From contig JADFDB010000001.1 of assembly GCA_018263175.1 (NCBI GenBank), positions 260 through 64,259 on the forward strand: DNA of 64,000 bases. The letters run 5' to 3'. Both the position numbers and the translations under genes were made by a program. Origin of the DNA: Spirochaetota bacterium (lineage in GTDB: Bacteria; Spirochaetota; UBA4802; UBA5368). Below, piece after piece: positions 28,201 to 38,499 of the stretch (the first letter of the stretch is position 1; each line of letters opens with the position of its first letter). Under the pieces are notes generated by a model that did no database searches, was not told the DNA's origin, and worked only from the letters and a program-made list of their open reading frames with translations.

Positions 28201-28929
28201 TTATGTCTCATGTTCCCCGTCCCCGCCGATTCTTCCGGCCGCGCGCCTGATGACCGCGTATCTGCGCGGATAGGCCCCCGGCGTTTCAGCGGTCTTATTG
28301 ACGACGACACCCCCGGCGTCGGCGCGTTCCAGGTCGACGCACCCGCCCAGGGCCACCGCATGTTCGATAATGCCCCGCTCCAGGTCGCCCCCCCGGAGCT
28401 TCGAATAGATATACAGATACCCTCCCGTTCTCAACAACGGGAGCGCCATCTCGAGCACCACATAAACGGGCCCGAAGGCGCGGCTGAACACGACGTCGAA
28501 GGCGCCCCTGTACTCGGCGAGGCAGGCGAGATTCTCGATTCGTCCGCAGACCACTGACAGGGTCGAAAGCGCAAGCTCCTTCAGCGCACACTCGATGAAG
28601 GCGGCGCGCTTCGCCTGTGCCTCCATAAGCACACCGGCGGCGCCGGCGAGCACGAGCGCGAGCGGGATCCCCGGCACTCCGGCCCCCGATCCTATGTCGG
28701 CGAAGCGTGTTCCACGTGGAACATCGAGACGGCGCAGCGGCTCCAGGCTCGCGAGCACGAGCCTTTCCACCGCCTCCTCTATCGTGGCGCACCCCGTCAG
28801 GTTGTGCCGCCGGTTCGCCTCGATCACTAGTGCGGCATAGCGCACCAGGCGGTCCGTCGCGCCCACCGGGAGCGCTATGCCGTTTCGCTTTGCCCATTCC
28901 CGAACGGTCTGCTGTTCCACGTGGAACAT
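28201..28929 (-). CDS. rsmG: 16S rRNA (guanine527-N7)-methyltransferase RsmG (GidB)
   Basis: Start at MFHVEQ. DIGSGAGVPGIPLAL AdoMet motif. Directly downstream of mnmG as in the classical gidAB arrangement. Confidence 0.8.
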   Translation of the reverse strand: MFHVEQQTVREWAKRNGIALPVGATDRLVRYAALVIEANRRHNLTGCATIEEAVERLVLASLEPLRRLDVPRGTRFADIGSGAGVPGIPLALVLAGAAGVLMEAQAKRAAFIECALKELALSTLSVVCGRIENLACLAEYRGAFDVVFSRAFGPVYVVLEMALPLLRTGGYLYIYSKLRGGDLERGIIEHAVALGGCVDLERADAGGVVVNKTAETPGAYPRRYAVIRRAAGRIGGDGEHET

Positions 28930-28987
28930 GGCGCCCCCGTCGTCCGCGAAAGCGGATCCCTGCGCACGACCGGCGCCTACATGCGGT

Positions 28988-30892
28988 CTATCTCCCATCT
29001 TTGCCGCTTCCCGCTCCCGCTTTTCGCGCCGCACGGGCCATCGATTCGATCCGTACCATCACGAGCGATATGTCCGACGGGTCCACGCCCGAGATCCTTG
29101 ACGCCTGGCCTATCGTCTCCGGCCGCAGGCGCTCGAGCTTTTCGCGCGCCTCGTTTTTGAGCCCCGCCACCGAGGCGTATTCTAACGCGTCCGGTATGCG
29201 CCGCGACTCCATCCGCTCCATCTTGCGTATCCTTTCGAGGTCCCTTTCGATATAGCCTTCGTATTTTATCTGCATCTCGGCGATCGCGGCCATGTCCCCG
29301 TCGATCTCCTCCCCGAGCGCAGCGAGTACGTCCGAAATCCGTATCCCGGGGCGCCGTAGGAGCTGTCCCGCGTTCATCTTCCCCGATGGGGTAGGCGTCA
29401 TCTGCTTCGACGAGGCGAGCTTTTCCTTCAGGACCCCTTCCACTACCAGCATTCTCGACGAGAGATCCCGCACGAGCTCGTCGGCCCTTCGGTATTTCAG
29501 CTCCATCCGCTCGTAGCGCTCGCGAGCCAGCAGTCCGTTTTCGAGCCCGTATCCCATCAGACGGCGGTCCGCGTTGTCCTGCCTGAGTAGCAATCGGTGT
29601 TCGGCGCGCGAGGTGAACATACGGTACGGCTCGTCCGCACCCTTGGTGACGAGATCGTCGATCATTACGCCGAGGTAGGCCTCGTAGCGCTTCAACACGA
29701 ACGGCTGCATGCCCCGAATCTTACGTACGGCGTTTATGGCCGCGACAAGCCCCTGCCCCGCGGCCTCCTCGTACCCGGAGGTGCCGTTTATCTGCCCCGC
29801 GTGATACAGCCCCGCGATGCGCCTCGTCTCGAGGGTGCTTCTGAGTTCTCCGGGCGGAACGAAATCGTACTCCACCGCGTAGGCCGGCCGCATCACCCGT
29901 ACCTCTTCGAGGCCCGGCAGGGTGCGGATCATCTCGAGCTGTACGTCCTCGGGGAGCGAGCTCGAAAATCCGTTGATGTATATCTCCTTCGTTGACATTC
30001 CCTCCGGTTCGAGGAAGAGCTGATGGCCGGGCTTGCCGGCGAAACGGACGACCTTATCCTCTATCGAGGGGCAGTAGCGCGGCCCGATGCCCTTGATGCG
30101 CCCGCCGTAGAGCGGCGAGCGGTGCAGGTTGTCGCGGATTATGCGGTGCGTTTCTTCGGTGGTGCCGGTGATCCAGCACGGCACCTGCGGACGTTCGATC
30201 GAGGCGGTCTCGAATGAAAACGGCGACGGCACCTCGTCGGGGTGCTGGATCGTGCATTTGGAGAAATCGATAGAGTCGGCATTGACGCGGGGAGGCGTGC
30301 CCGTCTTGAGCCGCTGTACCGGGAAGCCAAGCCCGCGTAATGAATCCGAAAGCTCCTCGGACGAGAAGTCGCCGAGCCTTCCGCTTTTCTCATTGTACTC
30401 CCCGATATGGATTAGCCCCTTGAGAAAGGTCCCCGTGCAGATGATGACTGCCTGCGCATGGTGCTCCTGCCCCCGCACGGTCACGATCCCCCGCACGCGG
30501 CCGTCTTCCGCGAGAATCCGCGCGGCGATGTCCTGTATCATCGTGATGTTTCTTTCGGACTCGATGACCGATTTCATCCTGATCTGATAGTCCCTCTTGT
30601 CCGCCTGTGCCCTCGGCGCCCAGACCGCCGGGCCCTTGCTTTTGTTCAGCATCTTGAAATGTATGCCCGTCTCGTCGATGGCCCTGGCCATCTCTCCGCC
30701 GAGGGCGTCGATCTCCCGCACCAGGTGCCCCTTGGCGAGCCCGCCGATCGCCGGGTTACAGCTCATCTGACAGATCGTATCGAGGTTCCCCGTAAGAAGC
30801 AGCGTCGAGCAGCCCATGCGTGCCGAGGCGAGCGCCGCCTCCGCCCCTGCGTGCCCCGCCCCAACGACTATTATATCGAACTTTCGTATCAT
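28988..30892 (-). CDS. mnmG: tRNA uridine 5-carboxymethylaminomethyl modification enzyme MnmG (GidA)
   Basis: [57 protein letters not shown] (FAD-binding GidA N-terminus). About 634 aa. Confidence 0.9.
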   Translation of the reverse strand: MIRKFDIIVVGAGHAGAEAALASARMGCSTLLLTGNLDTICQMSCNPAIGGLAKGHLVREIDALGGEMARAIDETGIHFKMLNKSKGPAVWAPRAQADKRDYQIRMKSVIESERNITMIQDIAARILAEDGRVRGIVTVRGQEHHAQAVIICTGTFLKGLIHIGEYNEKSGRLGDFSSEELSDSLRGLGFPVQRLKTGTPPRVNADSIDFSKCTIQHPDEVPSPFSFETASIERPQVPCWITGTTEETHRIIRDNLHRSPLYGGRIKGIGPRYCPSIEDKVVRFAGKPGHQLFLEPEGMSTKEIYINGFSSSLPEDVQLEMIRTLPGLEEVRVMRPAYAVEYDFVPPGELRSTLETRRIAGLYHAGQINGTSGYEEAAGQGLVAAINAVRKIRGMQPFVLKRYEAYLGVMIDDLVTKGADEPYRMFTSRAEHRLLLRQDNADRRLMGYGLENGLLARERYERMELKYRRADELVRDLSSRMLVVEGVLKEKLASSKQMTPTPSGKMNAGQLLRRPGIRISDVLAALGEEIDGDMAAIAEMQIKYEGYIERDLERIRKMERMESRRIPDALEYASVAGLKNEAREKLERLRPETIGQASRISGVDPSDISLVMVRIESMARAARKAGAGSGKDGR

Positions 30893-31155
30893 CTTTCCGT
30901 CTTTTACGCCGTTTTTTAATGAGACATAATATATCGGAGCTGAGTCTGCTATCCGTAAAATACGAAACGGTTCCACCATTTTACTTTCGTATTTCGCTCC
31001 GCTTACGCATCATCTCCCCACCATTCGTAGTATACAACATTTTTACGACCGGCATAATTTTTTGGTATCGCTCGGCCGCATGCGGTCGTATAGTAGACCG
31101 GTTCAGGGACTGCATAGATAGAACCGGAGCGAGCCGTTTATAAACAGCCCCGGTC

Positions 31156-31767
31156 ATGTTCGACAATTATTTCATCACGGGGGTACGGGCCGTGGCTTCG
31201 TCTTCATCCGAACTGCTCGACCGGCTGTTCGTCCGCCGGGGGGACATTACCCGCGAGCGCGTCGATGCCATCGTAAACGCCGCGAATCCGAGCCTTCTCG
31301 GCGGCGGCGGCGTCGATGGGGCGATACATCGTGCCGCCGGGCCCGGCCTGCTTGAAGAATGCCGCCGCCTCGGCGGCTGCCGTCATGGTGAGGCGCGAAT
31401 CACGGGCGGGCACAAGCTTCCGTCCCGCCACGTGATCCACACGCCCGGCCCCGTTTATAAAGACGGCGCGTCGGGAGAGCACGAGACGCTGCGCTCATCG
31501 TATCGGAATTCCCTGGACCTGGCGATGCGCCACGGCCTGCGCTCCATCGCCTTCCCGGCTATCTCGACCGGCGTGTACGCGTACCCTCCCGAGGAGGCCT
31601 GTGAGGTCGCGGTGAAGACGGTACTAAATTTTATGGCGGAAACCGGATACCGCATCGACGTATACTTTGTTTTATTTGATGATACTAATTTTTCTACTTA
31701 CTCCGCCTATATCGGCTCATTAAGGGAAAAGGGGAATGCCCCTCCCGCGGACGGCGGTAAGCGGTGA
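31156..31767 (+). CDS. macro-domain protein (O-acetyl-ADP-ribose deacetylase / ADP-ribose-binding, YmdB-like)
   Basis: VNAANPSLLGGGGVDGAIH and AFPAISTGVY macro-domain motifs. Confidence 0.75.
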   Translation: MFDNYFITGVRAVASSSSELLDRLFVRRGDITRERVDAIVNAANPSLLGGGGVDGAIHRAAGPGLLEECRRLGGCRHGEARITGGHKLPSRHVIHTPGPVYKDGASGEHETLRSSYRNSLDLAMRHGLRSIAFPAISTGVYAYPPEEACEVAVKTVLNFMAETGYRIDVYFVLFDDTNFSTYSAYIGSLREKGNAPPADGGKR

Positions 31768-31836
31768 GGTATCCCGGCCCGTCGTCGTACGACGTTTTCC
31801 GGGACCGCCAAATATTACAGGCGTAAAGGATCATCC

Positions 31837-32685
31837 ATGGATTACTGCTCTTTGCTCAGATCGTCCGCGAGGAAGTTCAACTCCATCGTCTGCCTCGGGC
31901 TCGATCCCGTACTCGGGAACATACCCGTCGAAAAGGGAAGTCCGGGCGAGCGCATACGGTCTTTTTATGAAACGATGCTCAACACGATGGCGCGCAGAAA
32001 CATCCTTCCTGCGGCCGTAAAACCCAATTACGCGTTTTATGCCCAGTACGGTCTTGACGGCATCGGTACCCTTGCCGCCGTCATCGACGCCTGCAGGGGG
32101 CTCGGCCTCCCGGTCATACTCGATGTCAAGCGCGGCGACATCGGCTCCACGGCCGAGGCCTACAGCCGCGAGGCCTATGAGTTTTTCAACGCCGACGCGG
32201 TGACGCTCTCCCCCTATCTCGGCTTCGACTCCATCGAGCCGTTTCTGACGAACTACCCGGCGAAGGGGGCGTACATCCTCAACAAGACCTCGAACAAAAG
32301 CTCCGGCGAGCTCCAGGACCTCGTCATCGAGGGAGAGCCGCTATTTCTGTGGGTATCGAAAAAAATCGTCGAATGGCACCGGCCCGGCATAGGGGCCATC
32401 GTCGGCGCCACCTACCCGGAGGAGCTCGTGAGCATCGGCAACATATTCATCAAGTCAGGCCTCGATATTCCCCTGCTGATACCGGGCATCGGTTCCCAGG
32501 GCGGGAGCGTGGAGGCCGTCTGCTCGGCCCTGCGGCTTCATCCCGATTTCTCCCTGCACCGGATCAACTCGTCGAGCGCCATCAACTACGCGTACCGCCA
32601 GCGGCCCGACCTCCGTTACGACGACGCCGCGGCCTCCGCGCTCGCCGCACTCAACGACGAAATCAACTCCTTTCTCGGCATGTAG
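31837..32685 (+). CDS. pyrF: orotidine 5'-phosphate decarboxylase (type 2)
   Basis: LDVKRGDIGSTAEAY catalytic-Lys motif. About 280-aa type-2 PyrF length. Confidence 0.8.
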   Translation: MDYCSLLRSSARKFNSIVCLGLDPVLGNIPVEKGSPGERIRSFYETMLNTMARRNILPAAVKPNYAFYAQYGLDGIGTLAAVIDACRGLGLPVILDVKRGDIGSTAEAYSREAYEFFNADAVTLSPYLGFDSIEPFLTNYPAKGAYILNKTSNKSSGELQDLVIEGEPLFLWVSKKIVEWHRPGIGAIVGATYPEELVSIGNIFIKSGLDIPLLIPGIGSQGGSVEAVCSALRLHPDFSLHRINSSSAINYAYRQRPDLRYDDAAASALAALNDEINSFLGM

Positions 32686-32696
32686 GGAGGCCCGGC

Positions 32697-34844
32697 GTGA
32701 AGGAACTTAGAATAACCCTGAAAACCGTGCTCGTGGTCGCCCACCTGGAGGAGGATGTCGCCCTGATCTGCGAGGCGCTGAGCGACATCGATTACGACTA
32801 TATTACCGCGCATACCGGGATCGAGGCCCTCGGCGCCATCACCTATCAGCTTCCGCACATCATCATCTCCGAAATCGATCTGCCGGAGCTCAACGGTTAT
32901 GAGCTGTGCCGGAAGATCCGTACCGGAATCAAGACGCGTCTCATCCCTTTCATTTTCATCTCGTCGTCCGACAAAGTGGACGACCGCATCACGGCCCTGC
33001 AGACCGGCGCCGACGCGTACCTTGCCAAGCCGTTCAACGCCGACGAGCTGCGGGCGCTGGTTCGATCCAAGGTAAGCAGCTTCGACGAGCTGTATCAGCT
33101 CTCCATCACCGATGAGCTCACACGCCTCTACAACCGGCGCGAGTTCCTGAAGCGATTCGCCGGCGAGCTCGAAAACCCTCATGCCACCGCGGTCTCGCTC
33201 TGTATCCTCGATCTCGATTTTTTTAAAAAAGTCAACGACACCTACGGCCATCAGACGGGCGATCTCGTGCTCATGAAGCTGGCCGAAATACTAAAGACGC
33301 GCTCCTCCGAGTGCTTCTTCCCCGCGCGATTCGGCGGCGAGGAATTCGTTATTCTTTTCCCCGAAACAAGCGCCGCCTCCGCCACCATAACCATCGATGA
33401 GCTCCGCGAGGAGCTTATGGCGACGCCGTTTCGGCAGGCGGGTTCGATCGAGGTGTTCCATATCTCTTTCAGCGCCGGTATAGCGGAGTATCCGTCCATG
33501 GCCTCCACCATCTCTGAGCTGCTCTCCCGCGCCGACCAGGCGCTCTACGCGGCCAAGAACGACGGCAGGGGACGCACCTACGTATTCCGGCCCATAATGG
33601 CGCGAAACGACCGATTCTGGGAATACCTGAGGACCCGCAAGGGGACCTTTTTCGAGGCTCCGTTCAACGAGCCGGTTTCCAAGCTCCCCTATCTTCCGCA
33701 GACCCTCGAACAGATCATCAACCTCGATTTCGAGGTACGCAGCATCGGTGTGCTCATCATCAAGCTCGAGCCGCTGTTCAACCTCCAGTCGCTTCGCGGG
33801 CAGAGAAACATCGATTACGATATCGAGAACATAAAGTTCATCATCAACTGGGCATGCGAGTGCAACTTCCCGTCCGACACCCATCTCGCCGTCACCAATT
33901 TCTTCAGCTACGAGGTTGTGGCCCTCTTTCCGAGCATTGTCGACTTCTCGTACAATCCCGAGAAGTTCAAGGGCCTCTGCCGCGACATCTCCATGGATTT
34001 TTTCATCTTTATCCTTAACTACTTTTTCGATATCTATTTCTCCGGTGATGTCATCTATTTCGAAAAGGGAAATCCACGAAAACTCCTCGAGGAAATCGAG
34101 CACATCCGCGACAGGGTGTATTTGCTGGACAACAAGAGGGACTTCTTCATCAACATCTTCAATGAGGTGCGGCACGCCCTCTACGACTCCTCTTCCCTGA
34201 AAGGCGTACTCGAGATCAAGAGCTTTTACAATTTAGTCTCGATGGAGCCCTCGTACCATTACTTCTCCTCGAGCAATTTCATCATTAAGACCGACTTCAC
34301 GGAGCTCCTTCTCAGTAAAAGCATCGCAAAAAGCGATGATTTCGAGAAATTCATGAGGCTTTTCGCCGAATCCTTCTCCGGCGAGATCGAATGCCCGATC
34401 GTCATTCCGTGGGTGGCGGCGATCGAGATCGACGAGTACGCGCGGCTCCTCGGCCGTGCGCTCCCCGACAAGAAGGTGGTGCTGATGCTGAACGAAAGCG
34501 TCCTCGAGTCGATCCCGGCCGAGCTCCTTGCCGGTATCGCCTCCGACCTGCCCCGTAACGTCTCTCTGGGTATTGATAACTGCTACATCGGCAACGACAT
34601 TCTCAATATTCTCTCCACGGCGGACTTCAGCCTTCTCTGCTTTTCCGAGAACATCATACGCAACATCCACCTCTTCCCCGAGCGGATCAAGATCATCAAC
34701 GGTCTCAAGCTCTTCGCCGATGAGCTCGGCATCCCCGTGCTCGCCCGAAACATCCTGCTCGAAGACGAATTCCAGATTCTCAAAGACCTCAGGATCTCCC
34801 ATGCCTCGGGGCCGTTCATTGCCAACCTGCACCAGGGCTCCTGA
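32697..34844 (+). CDS. response-regulator receiver + GGDEF diguanylate cyclase + uncharacterised aromatic-rich region + degenerate EAL-like domain
   Basis: GTG start at 32697 with gggagg RBS. The track ORF 32349.. extends upstream only out of frame through pyrF. REC (phospho-Asp pocket ..IIISEIDLPELNG). GGDEF with intact GGEEF (ARFGGEEF). C-terminal ELGIPVLARNILLEDEFQILKDLRISHASGPF resembles the EAL C-terminus, but catalytic EAL/DDFGTG/EGVE residues are replaced (DNCYIG etc.). Confidence 0.7.
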   Translation: MKELRITLKTVLVVAHLEEDVALICEALSDIDYDYITAHTGIEALGAITYQLPHIIISEIDLPELNGYELCRKIRTGIKTRLIPFIFISSSDKVDDRITALQTGADAYLAKPFNADELRALVRSKVSSFDELYQLSITDELTRLYNRREFLKRFAGELENPHATAVSLCILDLDFFKKVNDTYGHQTGDLVLMKLAEILKTRSSECFFPARFGGEEFVILFPETSAASATITIDELREELMATPFRQAGSIEVFHISFSAGIAEYPSMASTISELLSRADQALYAAKNDGRGRTYVFRPIMARNDRFWEYLRTRKGTFFEAPFNEPVSKLPYLPQTLEQIINLDFEVRSIGVLIIKLEPLFNLQSLRGQRNIDYDIENIKFIINWACECNFPSDTHLAVTNFFSYEVVALFPSIVDFSYNPEKFKGLCRDISMDFFIFILNYFFDIYFSGDVIYFEKGNPRKLLEEIEHIRDRVYLLDNKRDFFINIFNEVRHALYDSSSLKGVLEIKSFYNLVSMEPSYHYFSSSNFIIKTDFTELLLSKSIAKSDDFEKFMRLFAESFSGEIECPIVIPWVAAIEIDEYARLLGRALPDKKVVLMLNESVLESIPAELLAGIASDLPRNVSLGIDNCYIGNDILNILSTADFSLLCFSENIIRNIHLFPERIKIINGLKLFADELGIPVLARNILLEDEFQILKDLRISHASGPFIANLHQGS

Positions 34845-34854
34845 ATCCCGCCCT

Positions 34855-36798
34855 TTACCGTAGATCCTGTATGCCGAAACTGAACGGCCACTGTATGCAT
34901 TCGCGCCCGGCGCGTTTGAAATACCGGGCGGCCTCGTCCTCGCTTTCAAACGCGATGTCCTCTGTTCTATCGCCCCAGTGGTCCAGCATCCCGTCCTCGA
35001 GCGGTCCGAGCGCTCCCCGTGCAACGAGGATCGCGCATCCCGGCATCCGCGCGATTTCAGCCAGAGAGCCTCTTCCGGCGGCGTCGATGCGCAATATAGG
35101 GTCGACGATGCCATAGCGCCCGCAGGCATCCCTGAACCTGCTTTCGTCGTTAAAGACCTGGTGGAACATGAACTGCGCGCCCTCCCGCCAGTCGTCGAAG
35201 AGGTGCATGCGTCGATGCGGAAAATCTCCGTCGATTTCCCTCAGAAATCTACCGATACCCTGTTCGTCCTGTATCTCCTCCGAATGGAAGATCAGATTGT
35301 AAAACTGGTGTTGAAGCGGAAGCGTAGCGAACAGCGAGCGAAGGGCCGGGAGCGCGCGTATCGCGGTGCCGCAATACATGTGAAAGCTGAATACCGCGCT
35401 GTCGATACGGTCAGCGTATCGTCTCCCGTCCCAGGCCGCCGCGACATCTCCATCGAAGCGGACGCCGCGGCAGAACACGCCCCCCTCTCCTTCGCTGAAA
35501 TCCGGGAGCCTCGGTGTCTGGTGCGAATAGCCTGTCATCTCCTCGAGGTCTCGTCGTATGGCGGTCATATCGTCCGCATCGAAACCCCATCCATTGACGA
35601 GATAATACGGCGGTTTTTTCTGGAAGACCGCCCCCTCTCGTTCTCCCTCACGCCGAATACGGGTGCCGGGGAGCATCATCAGGGGATAGAGCTCGAGCGA
35701 TGCGCCGAAGCCTTCTTCGACGAGCGTCCTCACTCCCTCTATGAAGCGCACGGGATCGTCGCCGGGAAGCCCCGGTATAACGCCGATCTTCAAATCGATG
35801 CCCGCGTGCAGAAGCATGCGCATGCCCTCCATCGCCCTCTGCACATCCCCGCGACGCCCGATGCGCCGCAGGGCCCCCGGCGTGAGCGTCTGGATGCCCA
35901 CCTCGAGGCTGCGAAAACCGGCCTCGTACAGAAGCCCGGCGGTCTCGGCATCGATGCCCTCGGTTCGCATCTCCGTATGCAGGCGGACGCCGGCGTTGCT
36001 GCGGGCGAGCGTTTTGAGCTTGCCGCGGAAGTCCGGCGTTCTGTTAAAAGTTGGCGAAAGGATATAGATCTCGTTTAACTCGATGTTCCCGCCCCGTTTG
36101 AGCGCCTCGAGCAGTACGCCGAAGTCGCGCTCGCGCACGCCCGGGCAGTTGCCGGAGTAAAAGCAGTATGAACAGCGGTACGGGCAGCCCCTCGTCATCT
36201 CCATGAACACCGAGCCGTCGGCCATGGTGTCCAGTTCGCCGCCGGTGAACGGTTCCTGCGTCGAGCGGATATCGACGAGCTCCGCATCGGGTTGAACGAC
36301 GAGGCGGTTAGCATTTACGATCTTTTCGCAATTTTCCATTTGAGCGCCGGAAAAAAACCGCTCGAAAAACCATTCGCCCTCGCCAGCGACGAAGTAATCG
36401 ACCGACGCGCGAGGCTCTGAAAGCGCCCAGGCACCCTCCTGTATTTCCGGTCCTCCCGCCACGACGATGAGTTCCGGGAGCATCGTCCGCGCCGTATCGG
36501 CTATTTCGAGACTGCGTTCGACATTCCACAGGTAACAGGATATGCACAACACCTCCGGCGCCGTCCGCGCGATATAGCGCGCGATCACCCTGTCCGAACA
36601 GAGATTCGCGATGACGAAGGGCAGGTGATCGACGACGACCATTCCCTGCCTGTGACGCCGTACGTGTGCTGCCATCGCTGCCGGAGCATAGGGCACGTTC
36701 CCCTGTATATAGTTGTATCCATGGTCTATGAGCGGGAGCTGCATGAAAAGGATGGTCCGTATCTTTTTATTGCTCGAAGGCGTATTGGGTCGTATCAT
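34855..36798 (-). CDS. B12-binding-domain radical SAM protein with long C-terminal extension
   Basis: CPYRCSYC radical-SAM cluster motif. N-terminal B12-binding-like region (VLCISCYLWN..LIVVAGGPE). About 250 aa of unassigned C-terminal sequence. RBS agggtga before the 36798 ATG. Alternative start at 36744. Confidence 0.7.
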   Translation of the reverse strand: MIRPNTPSSNKKIRTILFMQLPLIDHGYNYIQGNVPYAPAAMAAHVRRHRQGMVVVDHLPFVIANLCSDRVIARYIARTAPEVLCISCYLWNVERSLEIADTARTMLPELIVVAGGPEIQEGAWALSEPRASVDYFVAGEGEWFFERFFSGAQMENCEKIVNANRLVVQPDAELVDIRSTQEPFTGGELDTMADGSVFMEMTRGCPYRCSYCFYSGNCPGVRERDFGVLLEALKRGGNIELNEIYILSPTFNRTPDFRGKLKTLARSNAGVRLHTEMRTEGIDAETAGLLYEAGFRSLEVGIQTLTPGALRRIGRRGDVQRAMEGMRMLLHAGIDLKIGVIPGLPGDDPVRFIEGVRTLVEEGFGASLELYPLMMLPGTRIRREGEREGAVFQKKPPYYLVNGWGFDADDMTAIRRDLEEMTGYSHQTPRLPDFSEGEGGVFCRGVRFDGDVAAAWDGRRYADRIDSAVFSFHMYCGTAIRALPALRSLFATLPLQHQFYNLIFHSEEIQDEQGIGRFLREIDGDFPHRRMHLFDDWREGAQFMFHQVFNDESRFRDACGRYGIVDPILRIDAAGRGSLAEIARMPGCAILVARGALGPLEDGMLDHWGDRTEDIAFESEDEAARYFKRAGRECIQWPFSFGIQDLR

Positions 36799-36833
36799 GT
36801 GCTCACCCTATGCAATCCGTACCGGAGTGTTCA

Positions 36834-38255
36834 ATGCGTTTTACCATGCCCTCGCGGCTCCTGACAAATCTTCTTCTTCCCGGTCTCGAGGAACACCTCG
36901 ATTCGAGGATCGTGGCCCTTTCCCCACTCGTCCCGTCGGACCCGCACGACCCCTTCGCTCCTCCCGTGTTCATCATCTCGATCGCTTCGGAGCGGCGACG
37001 TCTCTCGGTGACGCTCGCCGCCGACGGCCTTTCAGGCGAAACCCTTACAAAGCTCTCCGGTTTCGCCGGTCCGCTGGAAAAAGCCGTATCCCTGCTTTTA
37101 TGCATCGCTTCCGGCATGCCTGCCACGGTACGCGTGCTGACGGCTCCGGCATACGCGGAGCCCGTAGCGTCCTATATCATGGATATGTCGATCTCGGATG
37201 GAGCGTGCTTCAGGCTCGTGATTCCCTTCGATTTTTTCGAGCTTTTCCTGCCGGCACAGTATCGCGATGAGGGCCCGGAGCGTATTGGAGAAGGAATCAT
37301 CGAGTATTTTCTCGCGACCCGCGCGTGTTTTCCCCGCATCGGCCCGCTCATCGAAAGCCTGCCCCCGCGTGAGCTCGAAGCGCTGTTTCACACGCTCCGC
37401 GGCCGTCTTTCCGCCTATCAGGTGCTCCTGCTGTTTCGCGCATTCCCGGAATACGAGGATCGCCTGTGCGCCTCATTGCCCGACGCGCTCGTGCGTGAGG
37501 CGCATGACCTGGCCGCCGTTCGCCGTCTGAGGATAACGCGGCGCGACCTCGCTGGAGGGGTTTATTCCGTTGATGAGGAGCTGCACCGCCTCGCCCTGTC
37601 GGCCGAGGCCCCGGGGGTTTTCGCGCCGATGCGCGGCATTCGCGCCGTCATCCTCGATCTTCGTCTTGCACGCTCGCTCCCCGACGGGGATTTCTGGTCG
37701 CTCTGCGAGTCCTCCGGTCGTGACGGCTCGCTGTACGAAGCGCTCGGCCTCTGCGGAGAGCGCACCGCCGGTATCGCCCTCGCCGGCGCCCCGCCCTCGT
37801 GCATTGAGGCGCTGCGGACCTGCGTTTCGGGAAGAACCGTCGAAGCCCTCGTAAACCCTGCCGGCGGCACCGCGAGCGCAACCGAGCTTTCAGGGTCGAG
37901 GGTACGCTTTGCCTCGGCGGTACGGAAGGCCCGCGTACGCCGTTTTGCCTCAGGCCGGACCGATATCTCGTTCCTGCTTTCACGCCTCGCCGAGACGCGT
38001 GATTACGACGCACTCCTGGTGGACGCCGGATGGTTTCTTATCGCGACCGCGCTTAAAGGGGTCGGCACCGGTACACGCCGACGCCTCCTCGCCGGGGTCG
38101 TGCCGCCCGCGCGCTGCTTAATCGAGGACGTGCTCGCGGGTACGATCAATCCCGACATCCTGCACGATGAACTTCAGGTGCGCAGGGCCGGCGAGGAACT
38201 CTCCGCTCGTGTACTCGCGCTCTACGAACGCGGAGCTATTCGCTTTTCGGGGTAG
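36834..38255 (+). CDS. hypothetical Ala/Arg/Leu-rich protein
   Basis: Start at MRFTMPS (ggag RBS), chosen to avoid an 11-nt start-start gap with the divergent rSAM gene. No recognisable motif. Confidence 0.4.
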   Translation: MRFTMPSRLLTNLLLPGLEEHLDSRIVALSPLVPSDPHDPFAPPVFIISIASERRRLSVTLAADGLSGETLTKLSGFAGPLEKAVSLLLCIASGMPATVRVLTAPAYAEPVASYIMDMSISDGACFRLVIPFDFFELFLPAQYRDEGPERIGEGIIEYFLATRACFPRIGPLIESLPPRELEALFHTLRGRLSAYQVLLLFRAFPEYEDRLCASLPDALVREAHDLAAVRRLRITRRDLAGGVYSVDEELHRLALSAEAPGVFAPMRGIRAVILDLRLARSLPDGDFWSLCESSGRDGSLYEALGLCGERTAGIALAGAPPSCIEALRTCVSGRTVEALVNPAGGTASATELSGSRVRFASAVRKARVRRFASGRTDISFLLSRLAETRDYDALLVDAGWFLIATALKGVGTGTRRRLLAGVVPPARCLIEDVLAGTINPDILHDELQVRRAGEELSARVLALYERGAIRFSG

Positions 38256-38499
38256 CTCCGTCTTTCTTGTCGGCGAGGTAGGCGCCGATGCGTTCGATGC
38301 CGTCCCTCAGCTCTTCATACTGTGAGACGTTGACCGCAATGCCTTTCTGCGTGGGCTTATACACGGCGTTTCCCTTTTCGTCGAAGGACTGGAACCAGAT
38401 CCGTATGTTGATGAGGTCCCGGCCCTTGAACTCGGATATCTCTATCCTGATGATCTCGTTGTTCGATTTCGGTATGTCTTTTATTAAAACGCTCATCAC
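38236..38499 (-). CDS. small PC4/YdbC-like putative ssDNA-binding protein
   Basis: 87 aa. IIRIEISEFKGRDLINIRIWFQSFDEKGNAVYKPTQKGIAV pattern resembles bacterial PC4-like (YdbC) fold proteins. Weak assignment. Confidence 0.35.
   Translation of the reverse strand: MMSVLIKDIPKSNNEIIRIEISEFKGRDLINIRIWFQSFDEKGNAVYKPTQKGIAVNVSQYEELRDGIERIGAYLADKKDGATPKSE

Noticed and set aside
28295-28897. Alternative 200-aa frame inside rsmG
   Set aside because: Arg/Gly/Pro-rich alternate frame. The rsmG frame has the SAM-binding motif.
32349-32696. 5' extension of the REC-GGDEF ORF into pyrF
   Set aside because: The extension overlaps pyrF in another frame with Arg/Pro-rich sequence. A GTG with a gggagg RBS at 32697 gives a canonical receiver-domain N-terminus.
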